A stretch of 64,000 nt of DNA from an uncultured Akkermansia sp. (GCA_964430505.1 CAYSGH010000001.1:43677-107676); one strand, 5' to 3'; counted from the first letter of the stretch, positions 34,290-43,710 are shown. The notes: generated by a model not told the origin, from the letters alone. Made by a program: numbers and translations.

Positions 34290-35141
34290 TCAACCCACCC
34301 GCCCCATCACCCTTCCCAGGACCTCGTCGTCGATGTCCACCAGGTGTTGCCGCGCGGGAAACCGTCCCTCGCGGACGTCGGCGGCGTACTCGGAAAAGGC
34401 GGCGACACGCTCGCGTTGCAGCCGCCGGTGTTCCTCCAGAAAGTTGCGATACGCCTTGGCATGGCGTGGAAGGCGCTCGTCGTAGTCGCCGAGGATGTCG
34501 TCCGAGAACAGGAACTGCGTGTCGCATCCAGGCCCGGATCCAAGGGACATCAGGATGAGGGAGGTTCGGGAGCAGAGGAACGAGGCGAGTCGGTGGGGAA
34601 CGCATTCAATCTCGGCGGCGTAGGCCCCGGCGGACTCGAGTTCCTTCATCCGTTGGTACAAGGCGATGGCCTCCTCCTCGCCCTTGCCGACGGCGCGGTA
34701 GCCGGTCCACGTGACATGCCTGGGGATCATTCCCAAGTGCCCGACGACGGGGAGCCCCTCGCGGGCCATGGCCTCGATGATGCGGGGGCTGGAAGAGCAA
34801 TACACGGAGCTGGCCCCCAACTCGAGCGCCCGGAAGCCCACCCGGATGGCGTCCTCGGCCGATGCCATCCCGTGGGGCGTGGCTCCGGAAAGGAAGGCGG
34901 TGGGGGCGGCGGCGACCAGCATGGGAAGGCGAGCCTGGGACTCGGGGGAGTCGAAGGAACAGCTCATGATGTCCACGCCGGCCGCGTCGGCGGCGGCGGC
35001 CTCCTCTGGGGACTTCACGTGGACATGCACGAGCGTGCGCTTGCCCTTGAGCTGGCGCAGGTCGAAGACGGTGTACCTCTTGCGGGGACGGAGCATGTCC
35101 GAAGGCTTTCCGAAGCGCGCGCCTGGGGCAACCGCGAGCAT
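34290..35141 (-). CDS. PanB-like (3-methyl-2-oxobutanoate hydroxymethyltransferase family) protein, divergent
   Basis: The C-terminal half aligns by eye to PanB: GHLGMIPRH vs GHLGLTPQ, IECVP vs LECVP, LGSGPGCDTQFLFSDDILG vs IGAGNVTDGQILVMHDAFG. The N-terminal PanB motifs are not recognisable. Confidence 0.55.
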   Translation of the reverse strand: MLAVAPGARFGKPSDMLRPRKRYTVFDLRQLKGKRTLVHVHVKSPEEAAAADAAGVDIMSCSFDSPESQARLPMLVAAAPTAFLSGATPHGMASAEDAIRVGFRALELGASSVYCSSSPRIIEAMAREGLPVVGHLGMIPRHVTWTGYRAVGKGEEEAIALYQRMKELESAGAYAAEIECVPHRLASFLCSRTSLILMSLGSGPGCDTQFLFSDDILGDYDERLPRHAKAYRNFLEEHRRLQRERVAAFSEYAADVREGRFPARQHLVDIDDEVLGRVMGRVG

Positions 35142-35228
35142 CGGCGGGTTTGGCGTTGCGCGTCCCGGGGATTTCGGGAGCCATCAGTGAAAGATCCCAC
35201 GGCCTCAAACCGTTGGATCGGTGTGACC

Positions 35229-35858
35229 ATGAGCGACAGCAACACGGACAGCTTGCTGACGGATCCCGGCCTCCTGCAGCGGATGGCAACGGCCTCCGAC
35301 TCGGATGCGTGGTCCGAGTTCCACGATCGGTATCATGTCTTCATACGGGAGCTTGCGACTCGCAATGGCCTGCCGGAACACGACGCGAAGGACCTCGAGC
35401 AACTGGTGCTGCTGGGACTGGTCGAGGGCATCGTCGGGTTCAAGCCGCGTCCGCGCCGCGGGTCCTTCCGGCGTTGGCTGGCCCAACGCGTCCGGTGGCG
35501 CATCACCGACTTCGTGCGCGCCCGGAAGCGCGACCGGGAGGATCCGTTGCCAGACCAGGACGGCGACTCGGAGCGTGCGTTGCCCGGGCTCATCGAGGAG
35601 GCCGTGGACTTGGCGGAAGCCATGGATCGGAGCGAACGCGTCGCCTTGGTACGGGCCGCCTTGTGTTCCTTGTCGGCACGGATCAACCCCAAGAACATCC
35701 AGGCGTTTGACCTGGTGGTTCTTCAGGGAAACAGCCCGGAGCATGTGGCCCGCGTTCTGCGCATGCCCCGCGCGTCCGTGTACTTGGCATGCCATCGACT
35801 GGAAAAATCCCTCAGGAAGCGCGTGGCCGAGATGCTTGCCGCGCGCGCCAAGTCCTGA
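35229..35858 (+). CDS. ECF-type RNA polymerase sigma factor
   Basis: Internal ATG at 35229 of ORF 34029..35858. Sigma-2-like region (AWSEFHDRYHVFIRELA...FRRWLAQRVRWRITDFVR) and sigma-4 HTH (SPEHVARVLRMPRASVYLACHRLEKSLR). Confidence 0.8.
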   Translation: MSDSNTDSLLTDPGLLQRMATASDSDAWSEFHDRYHVFIRELATRNGLPEHDAKDLEQLVLLGLVEGIVGFKPRPRRGSFRRWLAQRVRWRITDFVRARKRDREDPLPDQDGDSERALPGLIEEAVDLAEAMDRSERVALVRAALCSLSARINPKNIQAFDLVVLQGNSPEHVARVLRMPRASVYLACHRLEKSLRKRVAEMLAARAKS

Positions 35859-35861
35859 CCC

Positions 35862-38768
35862 ATGCCCGCGCCCGTCGCCCCCACCGGCTACGATCTCGTC
35901 CGCGAAATCGGCTCCGGCGGCTTTGGAACGGTCTGGATCGCACGGGCCCAGACCGGGATCTGGAGGGCCGTGAAGATCGTCGCGTCCGCCTCGTCGGCGG
36001 ACCGCGAGGCCTTCCGCCGCGAGCTCTCGGGCATCACGCGCTTCCAGAACGCCACGCTGGGTCAGCCCACGCAGCTCGCCATCCTCCACGTCGAGGCCGA
36101 CGACGCCCAGGGGTTGCTGCGCTACGTGATGGAGCTGGCCGACGACGCCTCGGGCACGACGGCCTTCGACCCGTCGTCGTACGTCCCGCTCACGCTGAAA
36201 GAGCTGCGGCTGCGACGCGGCCGCCTGCCCGTCGCGGAAGTGGCCCGCATCGGCGTGCACGTCGCCCGCAGCCTGGCTTTTCTCCATTCCAAGGGCCTTC
36301 TCCATCGCGACGTGAAGCCCTCCAACATCATCCTGGTTGGCGGCGTTCCCAAGCTCTCCGACCTCGGCCTTGTCACCTCCTCGGAGACCGCCGTGACGCG
36401 AATCGGGACGCAGGGCTACGTCGCCCCTGAAGGACCGGGCACTGCGTTGGCCGACCTCTATAGCCTCGGCCTCGTCTTGTTCGAGTTGGCCACCGACCAA
36501 CCCACCAGCCAATTCCCATGCCTTCCCCCGGACCTGCCGTCATGGCCGGACGCCCGCGATTTTTCCGCCCTCAACGACATCCTCCTTCGTGCCTGTGCGC
36601 GAGAGCCCTCCGAGCGTCACGCGTCGGCTGCGGCCCTCGCCGATGACCTTGCCGCGTTCCTGTCTGGCCGCTCCATCACCGCCATCGACGCGGCGCGACG
36701 TCGTTGGAAGAGGCGTGGCCTGATGGCCATGGGCGCGTTGGTCGCCTGCGCCGTCGCCTCGGGGCTGTCCTTGCGCGAGGCACAGGTTGCCAAGGACCGC
36801 GAATCCCTGGCCGCAACCCGCCGCCAATTCGCGGTGAACACGGCCTTCCAATTCCTTCAGGCCGGGAACCCTGCCGCTGCCCTCGCGCAATGGCGTTCCG
36901 TGCCGGGCCTCGGGGATGCCACCTTGCCCGGCAGCTTTCTCCGCGGGCAAATTGACGGAGACCCCAGCGTGCTGCTGGCACAGGACGGCCAGCCATGGGC
37001 GTCCGGCCATGCCTCCCTCGCGTCCGGCTCATGGATCGCCTCCACGCCAGATGGGCGCGTCGCGTGGGGCTCCCTCCAGTCGAACCAGTGGGCATGGGTC
37101 CCGGGTGTCCAGGTGAGCAAGGTCGGGCCGTGGCGACCGGGCGGAACAGAGGCCTGGGTCGCCATCTCCAACCAATGGCACGCCCTCCGTCCCGCCGACG
37201 CCCGCCTGGGCCCACCGGTGTTGTCGGGTGAACCCGAAGCCGCCGCGCCCGACGGTGGCGGCCTCGTCGTCTCTGATCCTGTCGCAACCAACGTCGTCCT
37301 TCGACTCTGGCGGGACATCCAGCCCGCCCTGCCCGACGTCACGCTCCCCGTGCCGCGCCCGCAACTCCTGTGGGTCGCCCTCTCCCCACGCAGCGAGACC
37401 ATGGCCGTGGCGTGGTTCGAGCTGACCAACGGCCTGCGCCAACGCCGTCTCGGCCTGTGGAGCCTCAACCCGCCGCGCCCCCTCGGCGTCAAGGCCGTCG
37501 ATGGCTGGATTTGGGGCCTCCATGCCACCCAGGCCGGACGCACGCTGTACATCGCCGATGGCCGCCGCGCGGCATGGCACGACCCCTCCGAAGGCCCGCC
37601 CGTCGCATCCGACCTGGCCGGCGAATGGATTCGTTGCTCCGCCTTGGCCCCCGATGGCACCACGTGGATGGCTGGCACCGAAAACGGGTGCGTTCGCTGG
37701 CATGACGTGGCACCCGGAGCACCCGCAGCCCAGGAGCGACGCGGGCACGTCGGCCCGGTTCGCTCGGTGGCATGGCTCGGCGGAGACGCACCCGTCGTCT
37801 CGTTCGGGCAGGATGGCTCCGTTCGTCGTTGGCCCGCAGCGGCGACGGGCCGTGCATGGGAGGGAGGTTGGGCGGGTGAATTCGGCGATGCCGTTCCTGG
37901 GCCGGGCGGAACCCACATCCTCGCGACCCGCAACGAGGCGGCCGTCGCCGTGCTGGATGCAAAAAGCCTGGCGGTGGTCGGCGAAGTCAAAGGCTCCTTC
38001 CAGCCGCTGGAGCCGACGGCCGATGACCAACGCGCCTGGTATCTGGGGCCAGGCTTGGCCCTTCAACAACGTTCATGGCCCGGGCATGCCATCGAGTGGC
38101 AGTCCCCGCCCCTGACAACGACTCCGCCCACCTATGTGATGCGCACCCCGGGGCATGTGTTGGTAGGGGCGGACGACGGCCGTGGCGCTGGGTTGGCCGT
38201 GGTGGCACGGCTCGAAACGAATGCAGCCCCGCAATCGGTTTCGTTGCGCCAGCCCCCCGTCGCCCTGGCGTTGCATCCTGCGGGTCGCCTCCTCGCCTGC
38301 TCGTTTCCCGATGGCTCCGTCGAGGTCGTCGATGTGTCCACCGGCCCGTTGGCATGGAGCCTTTCCAAACCCATGGCCGGGCTCGCAAAGGCCACGGTGC
38401 TGAAGTGGGATCCAAGGGGAGCACGGATCGTGGTCGGACGCTCGGATGGCTCGCTGGCATTACATGCCACCCCGGACCCGGCGACGGGGAAGGCCGTGGA
38501 GGCGACCCGGCCCCTTGCGACGGTTCGAGCCCACGCCGGCCATGTCGTGGGCGTCGCTTGGGAGGAATCCGGGACGGGGTTGGTGACGATTGCCGACGAC
38601 GGCTTCCTGCGCTTCTGGCAAGGGGATGACCTCCAGCCCTCGGGGTCCTGGAAGGCCGACCCGGACGGTCTGGCGAACGTGACCATGGACCCGCGCTTCC
38701 AGCAACTGATCACCCTCGGCGTGACCGGCCGCGTCCGACGCTGGCCGATGAACCCGGGAAAGCCTTGA
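35862..38768 (+). CDS. Ser/Thr protein kinase with TM segment and C-terminal WD40/beta-propeller repeats
   Basis: Kinase motifs GSGGFGTVW, AVK, HRDVKPSNIIL, DLG, GTQGYVAPE. TM helix GLMAMGALVACAVASGL. WD-like repeats (GHVGPVRSVAW...DGSVRRWP; GHVVGVAW...DGFLRFWQ). Starts 4 nt after the sigma factor stop. Confidence 0.85.
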   Translation: MPAPVAPTGYDLVREIGSGGFGTVWIARAQTGIWRAVKIVASASSADREAFRRELSGITRFQNATLGQPTQLAILHVEADDAQGLLRYVMELADDASGTTAFDPSSYVPLTLKELRLRRGRLPVAEVARIGVHVARSLAFLHSKGLLHRDVKPSNIILVGGVPKLSDLGLVTSSETAVTRIGTQGYVAPEGPGTALADLYSLGLVLFELATDQPTSQFPCLPPDLPSWPDARDFSALNDILLRACAREPSERHASAAALADDLAAFLSGRSITAIDAARRRWKRRGLMAMGALVACAVASGLSLREAQVAKDRESLAATRRQFAVNTAFQFLQAGNPAAALAQWRSVPGLGDATLPGSFLRGQIDGDPSVLLAQDGQPWASGHASLASGSWIASTPDGRVAWGSLQSNQWAWVPGVQVSKVGPWRPGGTEAWVAISNQWHALRPADARLGPPVLSGEPEAAAPDGGGLVVSDPVATNVVLRLWRDIQPALPDVTLPVPRPQLLWVALSPRSETMAVAWFELTNGLRQRRLGLWSLNPPRPLGVKAVDGWIWGLHATQAGRTLYIADGRRAAWHDPSEGPPVASDLAGEWIRCSALAPDGTTWMAGTENGCVRWHDVAPGAPAAQERRGHVGPVRSVAWLGGDAPVVSFGQDGSVRRWPAAATGRAWEGGWAGEFGDAVPGPGGTHILATRNEAAVAVLDAKSLAVVGEVKGSFQPLEPTADDQRAWYLGPGLALQQRSWPGHAIEWQSPPLTTTPPTYVMRTPGHVLVGADDGRGAGLAVVARLETNAAPQSVSLRQPPVALALHPAGRLLACSFPDGSVEVVDVSTGPLAWSLSKPMAGLAKATVLKWDPRGARIVVGRSDGSLALHATPDPATGKAVEATRPLATVRAHAGHVVGVAWEESGTGLVTIADDGFLRFWQGDDLQPSGSWKADPDGLANVTMDPRFQQLITLGVTGRVRRWPMNPGKP

Positions 38769-38849
38769 GCAGGCGGGCGACTTGGCGGTGATCGGTCCCG
38801 ACGCACCTTGGCCTTTTTCGTTGGCAGGTGCGGACCCGGATGGCACCCC

Positions 38850-39494
38850 ATGCCCATCATGCACGAGGAAGCGATGGAACACCTTGCCCGGCACGACCGG
38901 GTCATGGCGCGGCTCACCCGTCAGGTGGGTCCCTGCACGTTGAAGCCCGAGCCGCGAAGGACGCCCTACCATTCCTTGGTCCGGGCTGTGGCGCACCAGC
39001 AACTCAACGGCACCGCCGCCGCCACCATCCTGCGACGGTTCCAGGGATTGTTCCCTGGCCGACGCTTCCCAAGGCCGGAGGACGTCGCCGCTGCGTCCGA
39101 CGAGGCGCTTCGGTCGGCCGGCCTCTCCGGCTCGAAAGTCGCCGCCATCCGCGACATCACCGCGCGGGTTCTGTCCGGCGAAATCCCGGGATCGCGCACC
39201 ATGCGTGGGATGTCGGACGAAGAGGTTGTGGAACGGCTGACGGCGGCACGCGGCGTGGGGCGCTGGACGGCAGAAATGCTGCTCATGTTCCAGTTGGGTC
39301 GGCCGGACGTCCTTCCTGCCGACGACTACGGCGTCCGGACCGGCTTCCGCATTGCATACGGATGGGATGAGCTGCCGCGCCCCCGGGAATTGCTGGCCTA
39401 TGGCGAGCGGTGGCGACCACATCGCACCGTGGCTTCATGGTACCTCTGGAGGGCCGTGGACTTGGCCAAGCAGGCCCAAAAAGGCGTGGCCTGA
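38850..39494 (+). CDS. DNA-3-methyladenine glycosylase II family (AlkA-like, HhH-GPD)
   Basis: ORF start 38808 is TTG; ATG at 38850. HhH-GPD layout: LRSAGLSGSKVAAIRDI...GVGRWTAEMLLMFQLGRPDVLPADDYGVR. Confidence 0.75.
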   Translation: MPIMHEEAMEHLARHDRVMARLTRQVGPCTLKPEPRRTPYHSLVRAVAHQQLNGTAAATILRRFQGLFPGRRFPRPEDVAAASDEALRSAGLSGSKVAAIRDITARVLSGEIPGSRTMRGMSDEEVVERLTAARGVGRWTAEMLLMFQLGRPDVLPADDYGVRTGFRIAYGWDELPRPRELLAYGERWRPHRTVASWYLWRAVDLAKQAQKGVA

Positions 39495-39543
39495 GACGAT
39501 GGAACGCCGGGGCCCTCGCTGGGAGGAGTTGGCCTCCTGCGGA

Positions 39544-40191
39544 TCAAAGGGCGGCGTCTAGGCGCGCACGGATGGCCCGGGTGGCGGCCTCGACGTCCGG
39601 CTGGAGCAAAAGGGCGGACACGATGCACACGCGGGTGGCCCCGGCTTCCAGCACCGCGTCGAGGTTGCCGGGTTGGATGCCCCCAATGGCGAACCAAGGC
39701 ACCCGGGCATGGGCGGCGGCCCAGCGCACGTAATCCAACGTGACAGCAGGCCGACCCGGCTTGGTGGGCGTGGCAAAGACAGGGCCGACGGCGACGTAGG
39801 CCGCGCCAGCCGCCTCCGCCCTCAAGAACTGGTCGGGCGCATGGCTGCTCAGTCCCAGCTCGGGACGTTGGCGCGTGCCGGGAAGGTCCGCGTTGGTTGC
39901 ATGGCCCGCATCGAAGAAGTCCTCCTGACCCAGGTGAACACACGGAACGCCCAGCTCGCATCCCAGGGTCCAGTCGTCGTTCAGGACCATCCGGGCACCT
40001 GCCGCCTTCACCACGGGGAAGACGGCCTCGACGAGACGCCGCGTGGCGTCGCGTTCCCAGCCCTTGGCGCGAACTTGGACGACGTCGGCCCCGCCACCGC
40101 AGAGGGCGCGTGCCAGCTCCTCAGGCGCGCGGCCTTCGAGATAGGCCGTGTCCACAAACGCGTACAACCGGCAATCAGCCCACAGATTCAT
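39544..40191 (-). CDS. thiE: Thiamine-phosphate synthase
   Basis: 215 aa. LYAFVD..., VQVRAK, GLSSH, VGPVFATPTKPG, FAIGGI are typical ThiE motifs. Confidence 0.85.
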   Translation of the reverse strand: MNLWADCRLYAFVDTAYLEGRAPEELARALCGGGADVVQVRAKGWERDATRRLVEAVFPVVKAAGARMVLNDDWTLGCELGVPCVHLGQEDFFDAGHATNADLPGTRQRPELGLSSHAPDQFLRAEAAGAAYVAVGPVFATPTKPGRPAVTLDYVRWAAAHARVPWFAIGGIQPGNLDAVLEAGATRVCIVSALLLQPDVEAATRAIRARLDAAL

Positions 40192-40229
40192 GAAAAGAAA
40201 GGCCCGGCGCAGGAACCCCCTGTGCCGGG
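40192..40229 (-). terminator. Intrinsic terminator-like hairpin plus U-tract, ending 1 nt before the thiE ATG
   Basis: Minus-strand RNA: CCCGGCACAGG-GGGUU-CCUGCGCCGGG (11-bp stem with one A/C mismatch) followed by CCUUUCUUUUC, then AUG of thiE. Lies about 70 nt downstream of the Gfo/Idh/MocA stop. Confidence 0.55.
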
Positions 40230-40297
40230 TGAGCTTGCGGAACCCATCGCGCCCTCCCGCCCCGCGATCCCCGGTTCTCGCCCCCCGACCCCCAACC

Positions 40298-41461
40298 CTA
40301 TGCCTTGACCCGGGTCCAGCGGGCGTTCTGTGCGGAGGACTTCACGACGGCCTCGATGAAGGCCATGCCGCGGACGCCGTCCTCGATCTTGGGGAAGTCG
40401 TTGGCGGGGTCTTCTTGGGCGAGTGTGCGACCTTCTTCCCGCGCGCGGATGGCGTTGGCGAAGTTCTTGTAGATGTTGGCGAAGGCCTCGAGGTAGCCCT
40501 CGGGATGGGCGGGAGGCGTGCGCCCGGCGCCCTTGGCGGCGTCGCTGAGGTAGCCCTGTGCGGCGCGGTACACCTGCATGGGCTGGTCGCTCCACTTCAC
40601 GAGCAGCGTGTTGGGCTCCCTCTGGTGCCACTCGAGCCCGCCGGTCTCGCCATAGACGCGGATGTTGAGGTTGTTTTCCTCGCCCACGGAAATCTGGGAG
40701 CTGTGGAGCACGCCCTTGGCCCCGCCCTGGAAGCGGAGGAGCACGTTGCCGTCGTCGTCCAGCTTGCGGCCCTTCACGAACGCGGTGATGTCCGCCGCCA
40801 GCTCCTCGATGTGCAGCCCGGTGATGTACTCGGCCAGGTTCTCGGCGTGCGTCCCGATGTCGCCAATGCAACCGGCCGCGCCCGAGCGCTTCGGGTCGGT
40901 GCGCCAGGACGCCTGCTTCTGTCCGCTGGCCTCGATGCGGGTCGCGAGCCAGCCCTGCGGATACTCCACGACCACCTTGCGGATCTTGCCGAGCTTGCCG
41001 GACCGCACGAGGTGGCGCGCCTCCTTCACCATCGGGTAGCCCGTGTAGTTGTGCGTCAGGCCGTAGAGCAGGCCCGTCTTCTTCACCAACTTCTGCAACG
41101 TCACCGCCTCCTTGAGGTCAAACGTTGCCGGCTTGTCGCTCAACACATGGAACCCATGCTCCAGCGCCATCTTGGCGGGCGGAAAGTGCACGTGGTTCGG
41201 CGTCACGATCGCCAGGAAATCCATGCGCTCGCCCGCCGGAAGCTTCGACTCCGCCGCAATCATCTCCTGGAAGCTCCCGTAGCAACGGCCCGCCGGAAGG
41301 AACAGGTCCGCCCCCGAAGCCCGGGACTTCTCCGGGTCCGACGAAAACGCGCCGCACACGAGGTCGATCTGCTGGTCCATCGCGGCCGCGATGCGATGCA
41401 CCGCCCCGATGAAGGCCCCACGACCGCCGCCGACCATGCCGTAACGAATCTTTCTGCTCAT
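40298..41461 (-). CDS. Gfo/Idh/MocA family oxidoreductase
   Basis: N-terminal Rossmann motif [18 protein letters not shown], then [25 protein letters not shown], typical of the family. Confidence 0.85.
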   Translation of the reverse strand: MSRKIRYGMVGGGRGAFIGAVHRIAAAMDQQIDLVCGAFSSDPEKSRASGADLFLPAGRCYGSFQEMIAAESKLPAGERMDFLAIVTPNHVHFPPAKMALEHGFHVLSDKPATFDLKEAVTLQKLVKKTGLLYGLTHNYTGYPMVKEARHLVRSGKLGKIRKVVVEYPQGWLATRIEASGQKQASWRTDPKRSGAAGCIGDIGTHAENLAEYITGLHIEELAADITAFVKGRKLDDDGNVLLRFQGGAKGVLHSSQISVGEENNLNIRVYGETGGLEWHQREPNTLLVKWSDQPMQVYRAAQGYLSDAAKGAGRTPPAHPEGYLEAFANIYKNFANAIRAREEGRTLAQEDPANDFPKIEDGVRGMAFIEAVVKSSAQNARWTRVKA

Positions 41462-41671
41462 GAGAGTGCGCAGTCTCTATCGCCACCCGCCCGGGCCGTC
41501 AATCGGGCGTCCCCGACGCCGCCCAACTTTCCCGGGGAAACGCTTGCCGTCCCGACGCCCGGGGCCGTTTACTCCGCGTGCCAGGGTCCATGGATCGGGG
41601 GCTTGCAAACCCCGCCAGGGCAGGAATGCAGCAACGGTAGCTTGATCCCCGATTGCCGTGGGTGCCCTGGC

Positions 41672-41725
41672 ACTTCCCCCCCTTTCGCCCGCCCTCCGCT
41701 TCCCGCCCCCCGCTTCCCGCTTCCC
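41672..41725. repeat. Degenerate heptamer array ACTTCCC..GCCCTCC GCTTCCC GCCCCCC GCTTCCC GCTTCCC, C-rich on the + strand
   Basis: Read directly. Five in-phase heptamers at 41691-41725 plus a related ACTTCCC upstream. Lies in the 363-nt divergent intergenic region upstream of htpG (ATG at 41825). Confidence 0.85.
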
Positions 41726-41824
41726 CATCGCCCTCCTTGACACACCCGGCCGCTGGGACACTAGAAAGGGCGGAGGGCGCGGCCTCCCTTCAACAAGGCG
41801 CGCCCCATCGACATCACATCGAAC

Positions 41825-43672
41825 ATGAGCCAGCAGGAAAACCACGTCTTCCAGGCCGAGATCCAGCAGGTCTTGGACATCGTCATCCATTCCCTTTACA
41901 CGGACCGCGAGGTGTTCGTGCGCGAGCTGGTGTCCAACGCGGCCGACGCGTGCGAGAAGCTTCGCTTTCTCCAGGCCGGCGGAACCACCGCCGTCCATCA
42001 GCCCGACGTCGCCCCCGCCATCCGCATCGAGACCGGCAAGGACGCCGGAACGCTCACCATCGCCGACTCCGGCATTGGGATGACGCGGGACGAGATCGTG
42101 CAGAACCTCGGGACCATCGCCCACTCCGGCACCAAGGCGTTCCTCAAGGCGCTGGCGGACGGCGCGAAGTCCGACGCCCGCCTCATCGGCCAGTTTGGCG
42201 TGGGCTTCTACTCCGCCTTCATGGTCGCCAAGCGCGTCACCGTGTTGTCGCGGTCGCACCAGCCCGACTCGACGGGGTGGCGCTGGAGCAGCGAGGGCGC
42301 GGGCGGCTATACCATCGAGCCCGCCGGGGACCTGCCACGCGGCACCCAGGTCATCCTCGAGCTGAAGGACGAGGCGAAGGAGTTTGCCGACAAGGCCCGT
42401 GTCGAGTCCGTCGTCCAGCGCTACTCCAACTTCGTCACGTTCCCCATCGAGGTGGATGCGTCCCGCGTGAACGGCGTCCAGGCCATCTGGGCGCGCAGCA
42501 AGAACGACGTCACCGAGGAGGAGTACAAGGCCTTCTACAAGTTCCTTGGGCACGACAACGAGGACCCGCTCTACCGCCTTCACTTCACCGCCGACGCGCC
42601 GCTCTCCATCCAGTCCGTCTTGTTCGTGCCCAAGCACAACCTGGAGACCCTCGGCCTCACCCGCGTGGATTCCGAGGTCAACCTCCATTGCCGCAAGGTG
42701 CTCATCGAGCCGAAGGCCAAGGGGTTGTTCCCGGACTGGCTGCGGTTCCTGAAGGGCGTCGTGGATTGCGAGGACCTGCCCCTCAACGTGTCCCGCGAGC
42801 GCATGCAGGACTCGTCGCTCCTGCGGAAGCTCAACCGCGCCCTCACGTCCAAGGTGCTGCGCTTCCTGGCAGAGGAAGCGACGAAGGACCCCGATGCCTA
42901 CGCGACGTTTCACGCCGAGTACGCCCGCTTCCTGCGCGAGGGGGTCCTGTCGGACCACGAACATCGCGAGGCCCTCGCCAAGCTGCTGCGGTTCGAGTCG
43001 TCCACTCAGGAGGCCGGCAAGGCCACCAGCCTCGCCGCCTACGTCAGCCGCATGCCGGAGGCGCAAAAGGAAATCTACTTCCTCCATGCCCCGTCCCGTG
43101 ACGCCGCCCTCGCCAGCCCGCAGCACGAGGTCTTCGCCGCCCGCAACCTGGAGGTCCTCATCCTCACCGACCCCGCCGACGAGTTCGTGCTCGACCGCGT
43201 CGGCGAGTTCGAGGGCAAGAAGATCGTCGCGGCGGAAAAGGCCAGCCTTGAGGTGCCCGAGCCCGCCGCGGCGGACGGGCAACTGACGCCCGAGCAGGCC
43301 ACGGGATTGGCGGAGTGGCTGAAGACCACGCTGGCGGACGCCGTGTCCGACGTCCGCGTGTCCAAGCGCCTGGCTGCCAGCCCGGTGATCGCCGTGGAGT
43401 CCGACGGCTTCATGACCGCCACGATGCGCCGGACGCTGAAGGCGATGAACCGCGACCAAAAGGAACTCCCGGGATCAAGCCCCGACCTGGAGATCAACCC
43501 GCGCCACCCGCTGGTGTCACGGCTGGAGGGAATGCGCCACAAGGATCCGGAACTCGCCTCCCAGGCCGCCGCACAGCTCCTGGACAACGCCCGCATGGCC
43601 GCAGGCCTCGTCGAGGACCCGCGCCCCATGATCCAGCGGATGAACCAGCTTCTCGAACGCGTCCTTGCCTGA
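41825..43672 (+). CDS. htpG: Molecular chaperone HtpG (Hsp90)
   Basis: FQAEIQQVLDIVIHSLYTDREVFVRELVSNAADA, GQFGVGFYSAF, 615 aa. Confidence 0.95.
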   Translation: MSQQENHVFQAEIQQVLDIVIHSLYTDREVFVRELVSNAADACEKLRFLQAGGTTAVHQPDVAPAIRIETGKDAGTLTIADSGIGMTRDEIVQNLGTIAHSGTKAFLKALADGAKSDARLIGQFGVGFYSAFMVAKRVTVLSRSHQPDSTGWRWSSEGAGGYTIEPAGDLPRGTQVILELKDEAKEFADKARVESVVQRYSNFVTFPIEVDASRVNGVQAIWARSKNDVTEEEYKAFYKFLGHDNEDPLYRLHFTADAPLSIQSVLFVPKHNLETLGLTRVDSEVNLHCRKVLIEPKAKGLFPDWLRFLKGVVDCEDLPLNVSRERMQDSSLLRKLNRALTSKVLRFLAEEATKDPDAYATFHAEYARFLREGVLSDHEHREALAKLLRFESSTQEAGKATSLAAYVSRMPEAQKEIYFLHAPSRDAALASPQHEVFAARNLEVLILTDPADEFVLDRVGEFEGKKIVAAEKASLEVPEPAAADGQLTPEQATGLAEWLKTTLADAVSDVRVSKRLAASPVIAVESDGFMTATMRRTLKAMNRDQKELPGSSPDLEINPRHPLVSRLEGMRHKDPELASQAAAQLLDNARMAAGLVEDPRPMIQRMNQLLERVLA

Positions 43673-43710
43673 CGCGCCCGACGCGGCGGGGCCCGCACAA
43701 GACGGTGCGA

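Noticed and set aside
40192-40297. Possible TPP (THI-box) riboswitch in the spacer upstream of thiE
   Set aside because: Only fragments resemble the THI-box (GGGGTC..GCGAGAACC..GGGATC..GCGGGAGGG). The CUGAGA core is missing, and 106 nt minus the terminator is too short for the aptamer. An Infernal scan is needed to be sure.
41786-41808. Sigma-32-like promoter CCCTTCAA-N9-CCCCAT just upstream of htpG
   Set aside because: The spacer is 9 nt, whereas about 13-15 nt is expected. The -10 element would lie only about 17 nt from the ATG, and the promoter consensus for this phylum is unknown.
41477-43459. 660-aa minus-strand ORF antisense to htpG
   Set aside because: htpG is unambiguous on the + strand, and the antisense translation has no recognisable features.
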